Positions 29,180 to 44,661 of a stretch of DNA of 64,000 nucleotides are shown in pieces; the stretch's first letter is position 1; every line of letters begins with the position of its first letter. A program made the position numbers and the translations under genes. The notes under the pieces were generated by a model. That model was not told the origin of the DNA. It ran no database searches and worked only from the letters and a program-made list of their open reading frames with translations. This stretch comes from the human T2T-CHM13v2.0 reference genome, Homo sapiens. Location: assembly GCF_009914755.1 (NCBI RefSeq), contig NC_060929.1; one strand, given 5' to 3'.

Positions 29180-32100
29180 CTAAGGTTTAGAACTGCCTTA
29201 AAGAGAGTTCTGAGTCAAGAACCTGTGGGTGGCTTCTGTTGGAGGAATAGTTAAATCACCATGCTAGATCAGGGCTGATAAGCCAGTTTTCTAGGAGGGC
29301 AGCTTCCAGATTCCATGGCTATAAATGTAAGCAATTTTGCCAGCTACTTCACTCAGTAATATTGTGCACAGCACAATGTGAGCTATGAGTCTACTTTCTC
29401 TCTAGTTCAGTTGCCTCATTCCTCTTACAGTGTGGGCACATCGCAACACTGAGAAGGATCAAAGCAAATATTTTCCATACAACATAACTCTTAAACTTCA
29501 TCAGTACTCAACTAAGAGACAGTAACTTGACTTGAAAACTGTAGGGGAAAAAACGACCACGAAGGGTTAGTGTTGAATTTACTGAAAACATATGTAATTG
29601 AGCAAAATTATTGACATAATAATTTTATGACATATCCAATGTAATGTGGATTCTACATGATTTTCTGCATGTTAACAGACTTCAGAACTAATTTCTGAGT
29701 AAGACTCAGGAAGTAGGGTCTATTAGAGTTGGAAGAAACATATTATGCTTCATGTTTCTTTCATAGCCTCATAGCTCCTGGTGAGGAGTAATTTCCCCCT
29801 GCCTTTCTTTCTTTGCTTTCTTCCTTCCTCCTTCTTTTATTCTTTTTTTTTCTTTTCTAATGGGACGAGCCCCATTGAATTTGCGACAACATGAGATTAA
29901 GTGTGTGGGTTTCCCACATGTACTGCACCCTTTTTTTGTTTTTGTTTTTGTTTTTTTTTTCCCCATTTCTCTGATACAACTGAATTAAGCTTGCCTTCAG
30001 AATCAGTCTGAGAGGTGGCTGGTAAAATTTTTTTTGGCAAAACAAAAAGACCTGCCTGAACTTCATCCCAGAAATCTAACCTATTCCCACTTTGAGCTTT
30101 ACCTTTTTGTCTTTGAACAATAACTTCACCTTTCCCTGTCTCTAACCGGACATGATTTTTATATTCCACAAACAGAAATTTGAATTAAAATGCACGTCTC
30201 AGGAAAAATCAGTTTTTGACTTAGAATCATTTGTGTTGGGAGTCAAAAATTGCTCTAAGCCTTTAACTTTAAAACAAAGAGGAGAGTTTGAAGTATATGT
30301 GTTGAGGGTGGGGGCAGTGAGGGATTGGAGGTTTGGAAGTGGGATAAATTCACAACTCAGGAAGATTAGAGACCACAGAAAAAAGCTGGGTGTAAATTTC
30401 CTACTTCATCTTTCTGCCCAAAGCCAGCTCTGTTCCTCTTCAACTATGTGAGTGCAAATAAAAAAGAGAGGCATTGAAAATACGCTACTGACACAATCCG
30501 TTTTTCCGTGTTCCTTTTTACAGAATTTGCTTTTGCAACTAGGGAATACGTACCAACATTTTGGAATGATCTTGCTGACAGTTCAAGAAGAATGTAATCA
30601 ATAGACACAGGGTTGCTAATCAACTCATCTGGTTTTGTTGTTGTTATGGGGTGATGGTGGGGCAATCATATTCCATTTCTATTGACAGAAATCTGATTCA
30701 GAAGTAATTATTGGCAGCATCCCTTTTCTGTGCCAAAGAAATGATTTTCTTTCAGTATAAATGCCATAATAAACTTATTTTGTGAGGGAAGAAGAGAGAT
30801 GAATGAACCTTGGCATTCCCTTGTTTATACTCAGAACATAGCTATTCGTTAATTTTATTATGCTGCAAAGTAAAATGTGCAAGTTTATCTTTTAAAATAA
30901 CTCAAGAAATGACAACGAATTGCAAAGGATAGCATAAGAATATGGAGGGGCAAAAAGAGAGAATAAAATGTTTTGTTTTCTCCACAGGAAATTAAGCGAA
31001 ATATATTAAACTTTTCTTTAAAATAAATATTAATGATCAGTAATTCAATTTCTTGTCTGTTTGTGTTTTAAATCCTGCAGCGTTCGTTCTGGTTGCTTTG
31101 ATGTCCAGTCTGTTTTTGTTATCACTGGGCTAACACAGTGAAAGACAGTGTTGTACTCTGCCCAGGGCTCTAACAAGTCTCTTTGAAACTTTGGAAATAG
31201 TTTGCCACTAAAGGACTCAGAAAAATCACTGCCTTTCCTGTTGTTATTTATTATAATCTGTAAGTGGAAAAATTGCTATTCTGAAAGAAAAAGTTAATAT
31301 ATTTAATGCTTTATTCAATTAGACCTATTGTTTTCTGATGGCCCCCAGAATGTTTGGAAACACTCTATAAAATTAACATCTAGGTACAAAAGACTCCCAG
31401 TAAATAGTTACAACAACAACAAAAACAAGAAAAAATTAACAAAGCAGCAAAATGAAAACTGATAAATCCTTAAATTTCAGGGGAATGTGTCAGGAAATGT
31501 TTCCCATTTCAAATCATAACAGATAGGAAAAATTGCATAGGTGACGTATCATACAAACTGAACTTGAGCACTTTTTCTTTTCTCTAAACGCAGTTCAAAA
31601 TGGTCTCATCTTTATTATAGTCTTTAAATAATTATTAGGCTTAATTGCCACAGTTCATAGAAATTTTAAAATTAGCAAGTGGTGCTTATCTCTCCGCAGT
31701 GCTCAGTGTTAATAAAACATGCTGCTCCATAAACACATTTCACATCATATTTGTCCATGATTATTTCATTGCTTTTCCAAGTACAGATGCCAGCAAACAA
31801 AGTGTTGCCGAATTCCTGTAATTACCAGCATTTGCCTCGATTTGGGTCCATGAAGTATGTAGTCAATCTCTATTGTCTTCTGCCTCTGTTTTGAATCTGT
31901 CCCCAGTGCAGGAATGTCAAAAACACCATTTAGCAACACAGCCTGCTCAATTTTAAAAAGGGAAAATCACATTCAAGCTACTAATTAAGAAAAGAAGAGA
32001 AGTGAGCTGTGAATTAAAAAAAAAAACTACCTTCTAAAAGGCTTTAACAAGAAACTTGCAACTCTGCTGCATTCAGAAAAAGAATGATCCTTATTTATCA

Positions 32101-33901
32101 AAGCTAAATTCTAATATAGCAGTTAGAGGTGAGATTTAACTGACTTGTTAATATTTTAAAAACAGCCAAGTAAATGAAAATTCAGGTAATTTCTATTTCT
32201 TTTCTATCTTTAAAGGGGAGCTTAATTAACTGATTTTTTTCAGCTATCTAACACTCCTTTGTTAGAAGATTCTTCCATCCACTTAAGATCCTTTTGATAT
32301 TTTGTTAAATGTGCATTCCTTTGAAAAACTACACTGATGCCCTATCATGCCCAGATATTTGGCAAAATTGTCATAGAGTTGTTTCTTCAATAGAATACTT
32401 CTACCAAATAATTTGTCTTAATGATTCTCAGAACATTTAGGATAAATCATGTTGATCACCATTTGATTTTGATCAAAATCATATATTGATCACTAAGGGT
32501 AAATAATTTAAAACGGTAAATACCAAACAGTAAGAAAATCCTTCTTCCATGTAATATTACAATATGGAGACTACTTCAGCAATAAGTAAGTGAAAAATAC
32601 CAGTTGTAGATCTGGAAGTAGAATCCAAGCAGGCTCTATAACCATATGTAGTTTGAGCACAGGAATTATGTCATAGGTTATTCTTTCTAAATTAATTATT
32701 TATTACTTTAATGCTATATGTAGATTGATAAAAAATATGAAAAGGTAAGTATGCTCAGCCATACTTTGCTGATTTGGTCTAACAGAGTAAATTATAGCAG
32801 GAACAGAGTTCTGTTAAACTATTTGAATACCTTATGCTTCTTTATGTTTCCCATGATACTTTGAAAGTGGTAGTGTAGACAATTGCCCTTACTTCTACTG
32901 TCATTCTCCTAGAAATAAGAAATACATTAAAGTCTATCAATAGCTCACCATGTTTACGATCTCACTTTTTCTACCTTAGGACCTAGGCCCAGGGGCACTT
33001 ACAGAGGCCAGCCACTAGATGCTGCTAGTATTCTTTCCATTGAGTAGTATTCTGCCAAGCAAGCTTTCCATTCCAGGATGTCAAAAGACATTGAAGTTTT
33101 TCTCAAATTGGCGCCATTTGACCTTCACCCATAGCTGTAGCTTCGTTGCTATCTACAGTCTATTCCTTACCTTGGGTAGCAGGTATTTAAAGAGGTCTAA
33201 TTTTTGAGACTTACCATTAAATCATCTTGGAAGATATTTTTCCAGTCCTTATCTGAATTTTATTTTCCTACATGCCTGCATTTCTGTCTTGGACCTCATG
33301 CAGTGCCCATGAAGGGCTGGATTCTTGGCAGTCTCCCTTCTCCCTTCTCCTTTTACCTTCAAATTACTAGAATTTTACTTATCAACTTGATTTTGACAAC
33401 TAGGTCCCTGCTACCTTTTGAGTGTTTGCCCAGCCTTCTAACTGCTGACCCATCTGGATTTTCTATTAGTTAAAATACATGTTCTATGTATATATTCAAA
33501 GTTAGGTCAGATAGCAGGGCAATATGGCTTCACTTTGGTGCTCAAATAAATACACGATTTTAACTTACTAGCTGGCTGAAAGAGTATCTCTTTCTTTTTT
33601 ATGGCCACTCTTCACTCTCATCTCTTTCCACCAAGCTGTTTAGTAGAGTAAAATAGATGAAGATAATGTTCTCTGATAGAGGGAATTGTTCTTTGTCCAA
33701 GATTTTGGAAATAGTCTCTCTTTTCTATGATAATATTAAAATTTTGAGTCTTATTTGAATGAATTTTGTTGCCTAAAAAATTACAACTTTAACAGGTACT
33801 TATAATGAGATATTTTCTAAAATAGTAACATATTTGAGATTATTTTGGTAAATAATATATTTTTATTTCAAATCTCAGAAAGATATTGAACTAAAACTTC
33901 A

Positions 33902-34207
33902 GGCCGGGCGCGGTGGCTCACATCTGTAATCTCAGCACTTCAGGAGGCCAAGGCGTGCAGATCACGAGGTCGGGAGATCGAGACCATCCTGGCTAACACG
34001 CTGAAACCCCTTTTCTACTAAAAATACAAAAAAAATTAGCTGGGCGTGGTGGCATGTGCCTGTAGTCCCAGCTACTCAGGAGGCTGAGGCAGGAGGATGG
34101 CGTGAACCCCGGAGGCGGAGCTTGCAGTAAGCCGAGATCGTGCCACTGCACTCCAGCCTGGGCGACAGAGAGAGACTCAGAATTAAAAAAAAAAAAAAAA
34201 AAAAAAA
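33902..34207 (+). mobile_element. AluY-like SINE
   Basis: Y-type diagnostics, many intact CpGs, poly(A); no clear TSD. Confidence 0.95.
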
Positions 34208-34916
34208 GGCATGTTTTATATAATTGGATAAGTAGTAAATGGGTTAGTAAATTTCTGACTTTTAAAATCAACTAAATACTGAACATTTCAATTCCAATAT
34301 ATATGTTAACATAAAAATCACATTTGAATTGAAAGCTAAATGCCAAGATAGTTGCCAAGCCCTGAAACAAGTTTTGTATTTTTTAACTTGTTCAGGAAAA
34401 GGTATTGGTCTTACAACTCCATGCTTGCAGATGTAGGGATTGGTTGCAAGTAATAATAATAATATAAAATTCCCAGTATAAGCATACTAGGAAGACCTGA
34501 CCAGAGATGTCCTAATAAACCAGTAAATATATGTATACCACTATGACTAGTATATAAAGCAAAACTCTGAAAGATACTCTGCTGCAGGAAAAATTGGAAA
34601 TGTTTATGCTTTTTATGGGTTTGGGTTTTTAGCTTTAAAAATTGATACTTGTTTAGTAACATAATATCTAAGGGTAAATCACATCCTGATACCCATGTTT
34701 CTACTTGAATAACAGAATTTACATTTATATTTATCCTCCAAATCATATAGCTCAGGTTTACACTCCCAACAAGGCTCCTTCTCCATAAGACTTTGTATAC
34801 ATTTAATAATACTTCTTCAAAAATAAAGCAGATGTATTTACTCTAGCTCCTGTAGTTCTAATTTTGTTGAACTAAGCATGTAGTTCTAAGCATGAGATGG
34901 CTTAATGACATTGGTC

Positions 34917-35205
<289 letters not shown>

Positions 35206-35559
35206 ACATTGGTCTTATTTTATCAACCCTACTCAGACATAGAAATCATTTAGATAACGATGATTAAGCTTCCTAGCAATTCATTTTATTTTCTTTTTTA
35301 GGGGGGAGGGTAGTTTGTTGGAAGCAAAACAGTAAAGAACACATGAAGTGATAGAATTTGATAAATTTTAGAACATTTATAGAAGATATAAGTATAGCAG
35401 AAGTAATACATTAAAGTTGTAATAGTAATTTCGTTGGATGAAGACAAGCATACAATCTTACTGCTTTTATTTTTTATTTATATTTTTTATCTAGATTGTC
35501 TGATAGCTTAAGTTTATATTCTAGTGGGGTAACTAAGTTGCTCCATGTGCATTAGTACA

Positions 35560-35805
35560 ATGACAATCATAGCTAAAATTTGCATGTAGTGTTGACTATA
35601 AGCTGGGCACTGTTTTAAGTGCTTTCACATATATTAACATTTTTCACCTTCAAAACAACTTATATGGGACATGGAAATTTTTTCATATAAGGAAATGAGG
35701 TTGCAGAAAAGTTAGGTAACTTGTGTAAGGTCACCATAAAGTAATGCTTAGAAATCTGATTTGAACTTAAGCAGTGTGATTTCAGAGTTCAATTTTTAAA
35801 CATGC
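35560..35805. mobile_element. MIR
   Basis: gggcactgttttaagtgctttcacatatattaac...aggaaatgagg...aggtaacttgtgtaaggtcac. Confidence 0.75.
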
Positions 35806-35940
35806 TGCAGCATCTGGTTTTATGTATAGCCCTAGGTATAGATTCACCTCTTTGTCACATTTTATGTGTATGTATGTGTGTGTGCATATGATATATTTTT
35901 CCTTAAAAGCATTTACTCACTCTAAAAATTTAAAAGCATT

Positions 35941-36122
35941 ATCCAGGTGTGGTGCCACACTTGTAGTCCCAGCTATTCAGGAGGCAGAGGCAGGAGGATT
36001 GCTTGAGCCCAGGAGTTCAAGACTGCAGTGAGCTATGATTGCCCCACTGCACTACAGCCTGGGAGACACAGCAAGACCCCGTCTCAAAAATAAATAAATA
36101 AATAAACAAATAATAAATAAAA
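35941..36122 (+). mobile_element. Monomeric Alu (FRAM/AluJ right-arm-like)
   Basis: Single arm with gcttgagcccaggagttcaagactgcagtgagctatgatt; TSD taaaagcatta. Confidence 0.88.
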
Positions 36123-36899
36123 GCATTAAAGTCACCTCTAAACTGGAGAGCTATTATGATTTTTTACCTGAGAAAGGAAAACTCTAAAGGAAGATACATT
36201 TCTTAATCCAGGCCTTGTCAACATCCAAGTTGGATTCGGGAACATATTTAAGGTTCCCAGTCCTATTCATCACATGGCACATCCCTCTCTAGAAATTAAA
36301 CACCACATACTCTAAATCTGTCAAATCTAAATATAAATCTATAGCTGTGTGGCTCAAATCCTCTAGAAAAGTAATGTTTATGGGATAGAGAAAACAAAGT
36401 TGTGTCATTTTGTTTTAAAAATAGGTATTACACTATTTTAAATACAGCATAAGCTATATTATCAAAATTTTGAAGGAATATAACAAAAATAACTCAAGCC
36501 AATTTCCTAAATTCTCTGTAGTACTTCAGTATCAGTCTTTCAGGTACAATTTTTCATGGGAAGAAAATGTCTTTCATTGTTCCAATGTGCAGTTATGAGC
36601 CTAAAATCAAATACCACACCCCAATATGAATTTCCTTTCAAACTAACCCAGAGCACTTAGTTTTGTTGATGTAAACACCATAAGTGAATATTTAATACCA
36701 TAGTGTTTTAGTTTTCTTCACTTGAAATTCACATTCCATTTTTTTTTCTTTTACACTATGTCAGAATGTGGTGCCTTCAGCAATGACGAGAAAAACGTGG
36801 CAAAGAGCTAAATTACATTGTCTACTACTTTTTTTTGTCTGTCTGATCATTCAGGTTAATGAAGATCCCTTTGGGTTATCAGAGGACTCCTAACAATAA

Positions 36900-37205
<306 letters not shown>

Positions 37206-37413
37206 AAAGTTCAGCAATTTTATAAATTCAACAGAATCAGTGTCAAACCATGATTATAAAACGGTGCTCTTTCTTTCTTGCTTGCTTGTTTTCTCTTATT
37301 CTTTCTTTCTTTTTACCCTTCAAGTCATTTTATTCTCTGTTTATGGAAAATGACTTCTGGCATGATGGGATAGACTACTGGGTATTGACATCTTTGAACA
37401 AAACACCTACTTT

Positions 37414-37492
37414 GAGGTTGCAGTGAGCCGAGGTCACTGCATTGCACTCCAGCCTGGGCAACAGAGCAAAACTCTGTCTCAAAAAAAAAAAA
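37414..37492 (+). mobile_element. Heavily 5'-truncated Alu
   Basis: Only the last ~65 nt plus poly(A); TSD ctacttt. Confidence 0.88.
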
Positions 37493-40069
37493 TCTACTTT
37501 AAGATAGAAGGACATCCAGCTAAGACAAAAGCAACAATGAAGAAAAAAATGAGAAAAGAGGTTAAGTCACCTGCCTGTGTGTGTATTTAGGGATATTTCA
37601 AGATGCCTTTAAAAAATTCAGTAATTAGGAATAGATCAAAATAAATCACACACACATAATATGTGATGAATGAATATTTGCACTAAGCAGCAGCAAACGC
37701 AGTGCTCCTAGAGAACTGCAGATGGGTTCCTCAATTATGATGCGGGATTTATTGATAGTGCAGTAGGAAATATTTCTCCGTGGGACTAGGGCTTACCAAT
37801 CTGAGGTTTCTCAAGAAATCTTGGGAAAGACATGTTTAATTATGCTGTCAGAGACTTCACTAGTTGTTGAGTGTGTGCCACCACTTGCTGTACCTTAAAA
37901 CATTACAATGAAGACAAATAATAAACTTTCTCAGCAATATCCATACCATGTAAGCAATGTACATTGGAACAAATTTTTTTTAAGAAGGAAAAAGATCAAA
38001 ACATGACATACTTATTAAAAATGACTAAAATGTAAGGTCTTAGGACAAAGGAATTATGACTTAAAGTACTGTTTGAATAGCTCTAGTAAAATGTGACTAC
38101 CCAAATGCAATTAAGTTGCTACTGTGGTAATTATTTTACATCTTTTAAAATTCTCTCTCTCTCTTTTTTTTAATTTTTTTTTTTTTGGTATGCTTTGAAT
38201 ACTCTGCTCTTTCACACAGCAGGCAGCTGAGATATAAGAAATTTGTCAAAAGCACTTCAAAGTTGTTTCTGACAGTCTTGGTGGTCAGACCATTTTGCCT
38301 TTTTAGGAGGCAGGAGCCAGAAGTTGCTAGTCACAAATACAAATGAACATTGCTTGCCGAAACTAACAAACAAAAAATAAAAATATTTGAATTTGATTTG
38401 AATTTCATGTATACCAGACTACCTGCTCTTTAAGAATGGGAAGATCTAGAGCTTTGAAGTTCATTTGAATAACAAATACCAATTAGGAATATTTAATGAG
38501 TAATACATAGGAATATTTAAAATATACAATGTTAGAAAGTAAGGCATTTGTAGAGGTAGCTAGCAGGTGTTTCTGATGTGTGAAGCTACCCCACATTGAG
38601 CTGTTGAAAAATATTATTTTTAATAACTACACTTTTATTAGAAATTAAGGAAGTACTTACAATATTATTTGAACAACTTTCCAACATGTAAGTTATGTGG
38701 CAAGGCTTAGATGAGGTAAAAACATGATGGATTAGAAGGAGACTTTACATCTTAGGAAAAGAAAGATGTTCAACTGCATTGTCAAGGGAACTATACTTAT
38801 TTGAATTAATGGCTGCTGACTTTTGCCTGGGGTTTTTTCCAGATGTCAACAGAAAGGATAAACATAATCCTCAATTATTCTTCCTGCATTTGCCAAGCAC
38901 TAAGGCAAAGTCCAGGTGAACAGCATAGACAGTCTAGGGAAAAATAAACCCTACAATCCTCTTCCCATTCCTTCAAAGCAGAATTAATGCCACATTAATT
39001 GGAATGGTTTCTTTTTGTTCAGAGAATTTCTTTAAAATTCTGGTACTAGGAAATGCCTGTTGTTATGCTTTAGTTGAAAATGGATTGAAGAAATATTTTA
39101 AATGGTATCGTTACTGATCTTCTGAAAAGAACAGCTGAGTACACTACCCTGATAAAGAAGCCCAACAAAGTCCATGGTCTTATTCATTGAGATTTCAGAA
39201 CACAACAATAACAAATTTTCCCTCACATGGACTAACTGGATTCTTAGAAGCCTTAGAATGCCTTGATCACTCTTTTCAAAGTGACTTGAGGAAGTGAGTT
39301 TCAACAGTAGGGCTATTAGGGTTCTGACAATGTGGTACCTGGTAGCAGTAAAATAATGCAACATTGATCAAGCAACCAACTTTCATTTCACTGGTGTCAA
39401 TTTTAATGTGTAAAATGGAGAAGTGTGAGATCTTTTTTGGTAGGTATCTTAACCACTGGAGGGGATCAAATTTCTAAAGATTCCTTCCTACCTGGTGACA
39501 TTAGTAGGTTATGCAAGAAATACCTGGAACAGCCCCTTTAGGGAGTGAACAAATAAATTCCTCTGGTTTATTTTTATTTTGTACTCCTCAGACTGAAGAA
39601 CTCCCTTCTTTCCTCCCTCCCTTCCTGTCTCTCTCCTTTCCTTTTTACCTTTCTATTTCTGGTCTCAGATGCTTTTAAAACTTTACAAAAACAACTAAAA
39701 CATCTGCTTGAGTTAAGACGCTTATTGGTTCTCTCATATTAAAAGTTCAGAGATACGCTGGCTTCAGCTGATAGTTGATCACTGACTATCCTGAGTAGCT
39801 AGTTTCTTTTACTTTCTTAATACAGGCTTTCTTCTAAAGAGTACTTCTTTTCTGGTAGCTTTTACAGAAAATCAAGAAAATTTTTTCTCTGAATTTTATC
39901 TTTTCTCATAGCCAAAGTCAGATCATGATCCATCTCTGAATTCATTGGTTAGCTAAACAGATGGGATTTCTGATTTGCACAAGCCAAGGAATTTCAGTTT
40001 GGGTTCAATATCTTTCCAACTGCATGGCATAGAAGGGAAGAGATGCGATTAGCTGAAAGGAATTTGAAT

Positions 40070-40379
40070 ACTAGACTCACTTGCTGGGCAATCTCCTCTG
40101 GTCCTGAGACTTTGAATCTAATAAAACATAATGACTCCTATATACATAATCTCCAGTTTGGGACATTCATGTTAAGCTTCATTTTTTTATGCATCACATT
40201 TTCTACTTAATACCACTCCTTTGATATCTAATAGGCCTTTACTAGTTAGGATGTCTGTAGCCAAACTCTTGATTTCCATCGTCTGTTTACTATTTTCCCC
40301 CTTTACTTTTTCCCATCTCAGTAAAAATTCATCCAGTTCCTAAGCTCAAATGTTTTGGAGTCATCCTTGAATCCTGTCG
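40070..40379 (+). mobile_element. L2 fragment
   Basis: ccaaactcttgattt...cccatctcagtaaa...ggagtcatccttga L2-type motifs. Confidence 0.6.
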
Positions 40380-40685
40380 TTTTCTTTTCTTTTCTTTTGT
40401 TTTTTGAGATGAAGTCTTACTCTGTCTCCCAGACTGGAGTGCAGTGGCGCGATCTTGGCTCACTGCAAGCTCCACCTCCCGGTTCACGCCATTCTTCTGC
40501 CTCAGCCTCCCGAGTAGCTGGGACTACAGGCGCCCGCCACCACGCCTGGCTAATTTTTTTGTATTTTAGTAGACACGGGGTTTCACCGTGTTAATCAGGA
40601 TGGTCTCGATCTCCTGACCTCATGATCCGCCTGCCTCGGCCTCCCAAAATGCTGGGATTACAGGCGTGAGCCACCTCGCCTGGCT
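40380..40685 (-). mobile_element. AluY-like SINE
   Basis: Y-type diagnostics, CpG-rich; no clear TSD. Confidence 0.95.
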
Positions 40686-41205
40686 GGGCTAATGTATTTT
40701 TATATCAGCTGTTTTCCTTTTCCTATTTGTCATAACTATTTATATTATGTTTAATATATATATTAGTTATATTACACATAACTAAGAGTCTGTGGGACAC
40801 ATCACCTGCCTTTGAAACAGTAATACATGTGTGGGGAAGAATTTTAAGAAGGTCATATTATAAATTACTTATCTGCTATGTTATAATTTACCAGTACCTT
40901 ATTGGGCTCCATTTGTTTGAACTTAATAAAGAATATTCAACTCCAGGCAAAATACAGATGTGGAGTCCTTTAATTTACCATTCGAATAAGAACTTGCATG
41001 GACACTATTAATTACATAGATTATAAAGCATTTTTTCAACATAAAACATTATCTCCTTTAAGTCTGATGATATTAAATTATCATATCATTAAACAAATAT
41101 ATGATTTAGGAAAAAGTTTTACAGCATATTTCCCTTTCTTCTTACCTTAGAAACATTTAATATTTTAAAATAATTACACATTTATTAAAAGAAAAAAGAA
41201 ACTGA

Positions 41206-41682
<477 letters not shown>

Positions 41683-41903
41683 TAGTAGATTCTCAATAAA
41701 TATTTGTTTTACGAATGAACATCTGGTAGTGTTAAAGTTAATGAAGAGGTATCAGTGTTTCATTGAACATGGAATATCAAGACACCATAACTATAATCTC
41801 AGAAATTCTATCCATCACAATACTGAAAGTAGCTTTAATTATGTTTTGTTGAGTAATTCCTACATTATGTTAAGTGATACACTATTCTAAAACATAGAAT
41901 TCT

Positions 41904-42222
41904 GGCTGGGCGCAGTGGCTTATGCCTGTAATCCCAGCACTTTGGGAGGGCAAGGTGGGTGGATCATGAGGTCAGGAGTTCAAGACCATCCTGACCAACA
42001 TGGTGAAACCCCATCTCTACTAATAATACAAAAATTAACCAGGCATGGTGGCAGGCACCTGTAATCCCAGCTACTCAGGAGGTTGAGGCAGGAGAATTGC
42101 TTGAACCTTGGAGGCAGAGGTTGCATTGAGCCAAGATCGTGCCACTGCCCTGCAGTCTGGGTGAGAGAGTGAGACTCCATCTCAAAAAAAACAAAAAACA
42201 AAACAAAACACACACACAAAAA
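41904..42222 (+). mobile_element. AluSg-like SINE
   Basis: Full dimer; TSD aaaacata(g/c)aattct. Confidence 0.92.
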
Positions 42223-42236
42223 CATACAATTCTATT

Positions 42237-42928
<692 letters not shown>

Positions 42929-42994
42929 CTAATGCCTCTTTCCTCCCGTCCGCACTCTCAGCAATGAGATAACTACTATTCTGACTTCTGTTCC

Positions 42995-43368
42995 TGTTAT
43001 GGGCTGAATCCTCACCTCCACCAAATTTATATATTGAACTTGTGATCCCTAGAACCTCAGAATGTGACTGTATTTGGAGATAGAATCCCTCAAAAAGGAA
43101 TTAAGATAACATGAGGTCACATGGTGGGCTCAAATATAATACTAGAAGAGGAGGAGATTAGGACACAGCTAACATAGATGGAATAATGACCATGTGAGGA
43201 CATAGCAAAAAGCCAGCAGCCATCTGCAAGCCAAGGAAAGAGACCTCAGAAAGAAAGCCTGCTGACACCTTGATCTTGAATTTCTAACCTCCAGAAATGT
43301 GAGAAAATAAATTTCTGTTATTTAATCCATCCAACCTGTAGTGTTTGCAGACCTAGCAAATGACTACA
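42995..43368 (+). mobile_element. MLT1B/C-like LTR
   Basis: tgttatgggctgaat...acctcagaatgtgactgtatttggagatag...tgactaca; TSD gtt(c/a)c. Confidence 0.85.
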
Positions 43369-43924
43369 GTTACCATGGATTAATTTTGTCTATTCTCTAA
43401 TATTATATAAGTGAAATTATACTCATTTTGTGTCTGGCTTTTTTCACTCAACATGTGTTAAGAATCATTCATGTTGTTGTGCATATCAGTAAATTGGCTG
43501 TTTTCCCTGTAGATCTTGAAGAACCAAGATCCAGAGAGAAGTGAAAGGAATCAGTGTTCCATGGAACGGAAGTGCATCAGGAAAGGTAGGGAGATACAAG
43601 GATATATGACATGTTTTGGGAATTGTGTGCATCTTGAAGGGCAGGAGCCAGGACACCTGTGGGAAATGTGTGTGTGTAGGAAACTGAGGCAGGAGAGGGA
43701 GACAGGGGCCAGTATCTCAGAGTCAGAGGAAACTCAAAAGATTTGGACAGATTGGAACAAGGTAAGAGTCCTGAACCTCCTTGTTGGATTTTCTGGGGAC
43801 GTCTGTACTGTCTCTTGAAGTCCCCATTACCCAGTGTAAACTGGCTATTTTTATAGTTGAGTAGTATTCCACAGCATGAATAAATCACAATTTATCTGTC
43901 CATTGTCTTGTGATAGATGTTTGA

Positions 43925-44290
<366 letters not shown>

Positions 44291-44661
44291 CAGGCAGTTG
44301 TAAATGAAGCTGCAATTAAAAAGTGGACATACGTTTTTATTTCTCTACTGTAAATATCTATAAGTAGAATACCTAGGGTAAGTGTATATTTAAATATCAA
44401 ATAAGTTGATAAATAGTTTTACAAAATTATACCACCTTACACTCACCAGCAATGTGTAAGAGTTTCATTTGTTTAATATTCTTGTAAAAACTTGGTTTTA
44501 TCAGTCTTTTGAATTTTAGCCTAGCTGGTGGGTGTATATAATATGGTAAGTGTGTCATTGTAATTTTAATTTGCATTTCCTTCCTGTTAACTATTGATGT
44601 TGATCATTTATTCATATTGTCTCTGGCTATTTGATATTCCCTTTTAAAAAATGTCTCTTCC

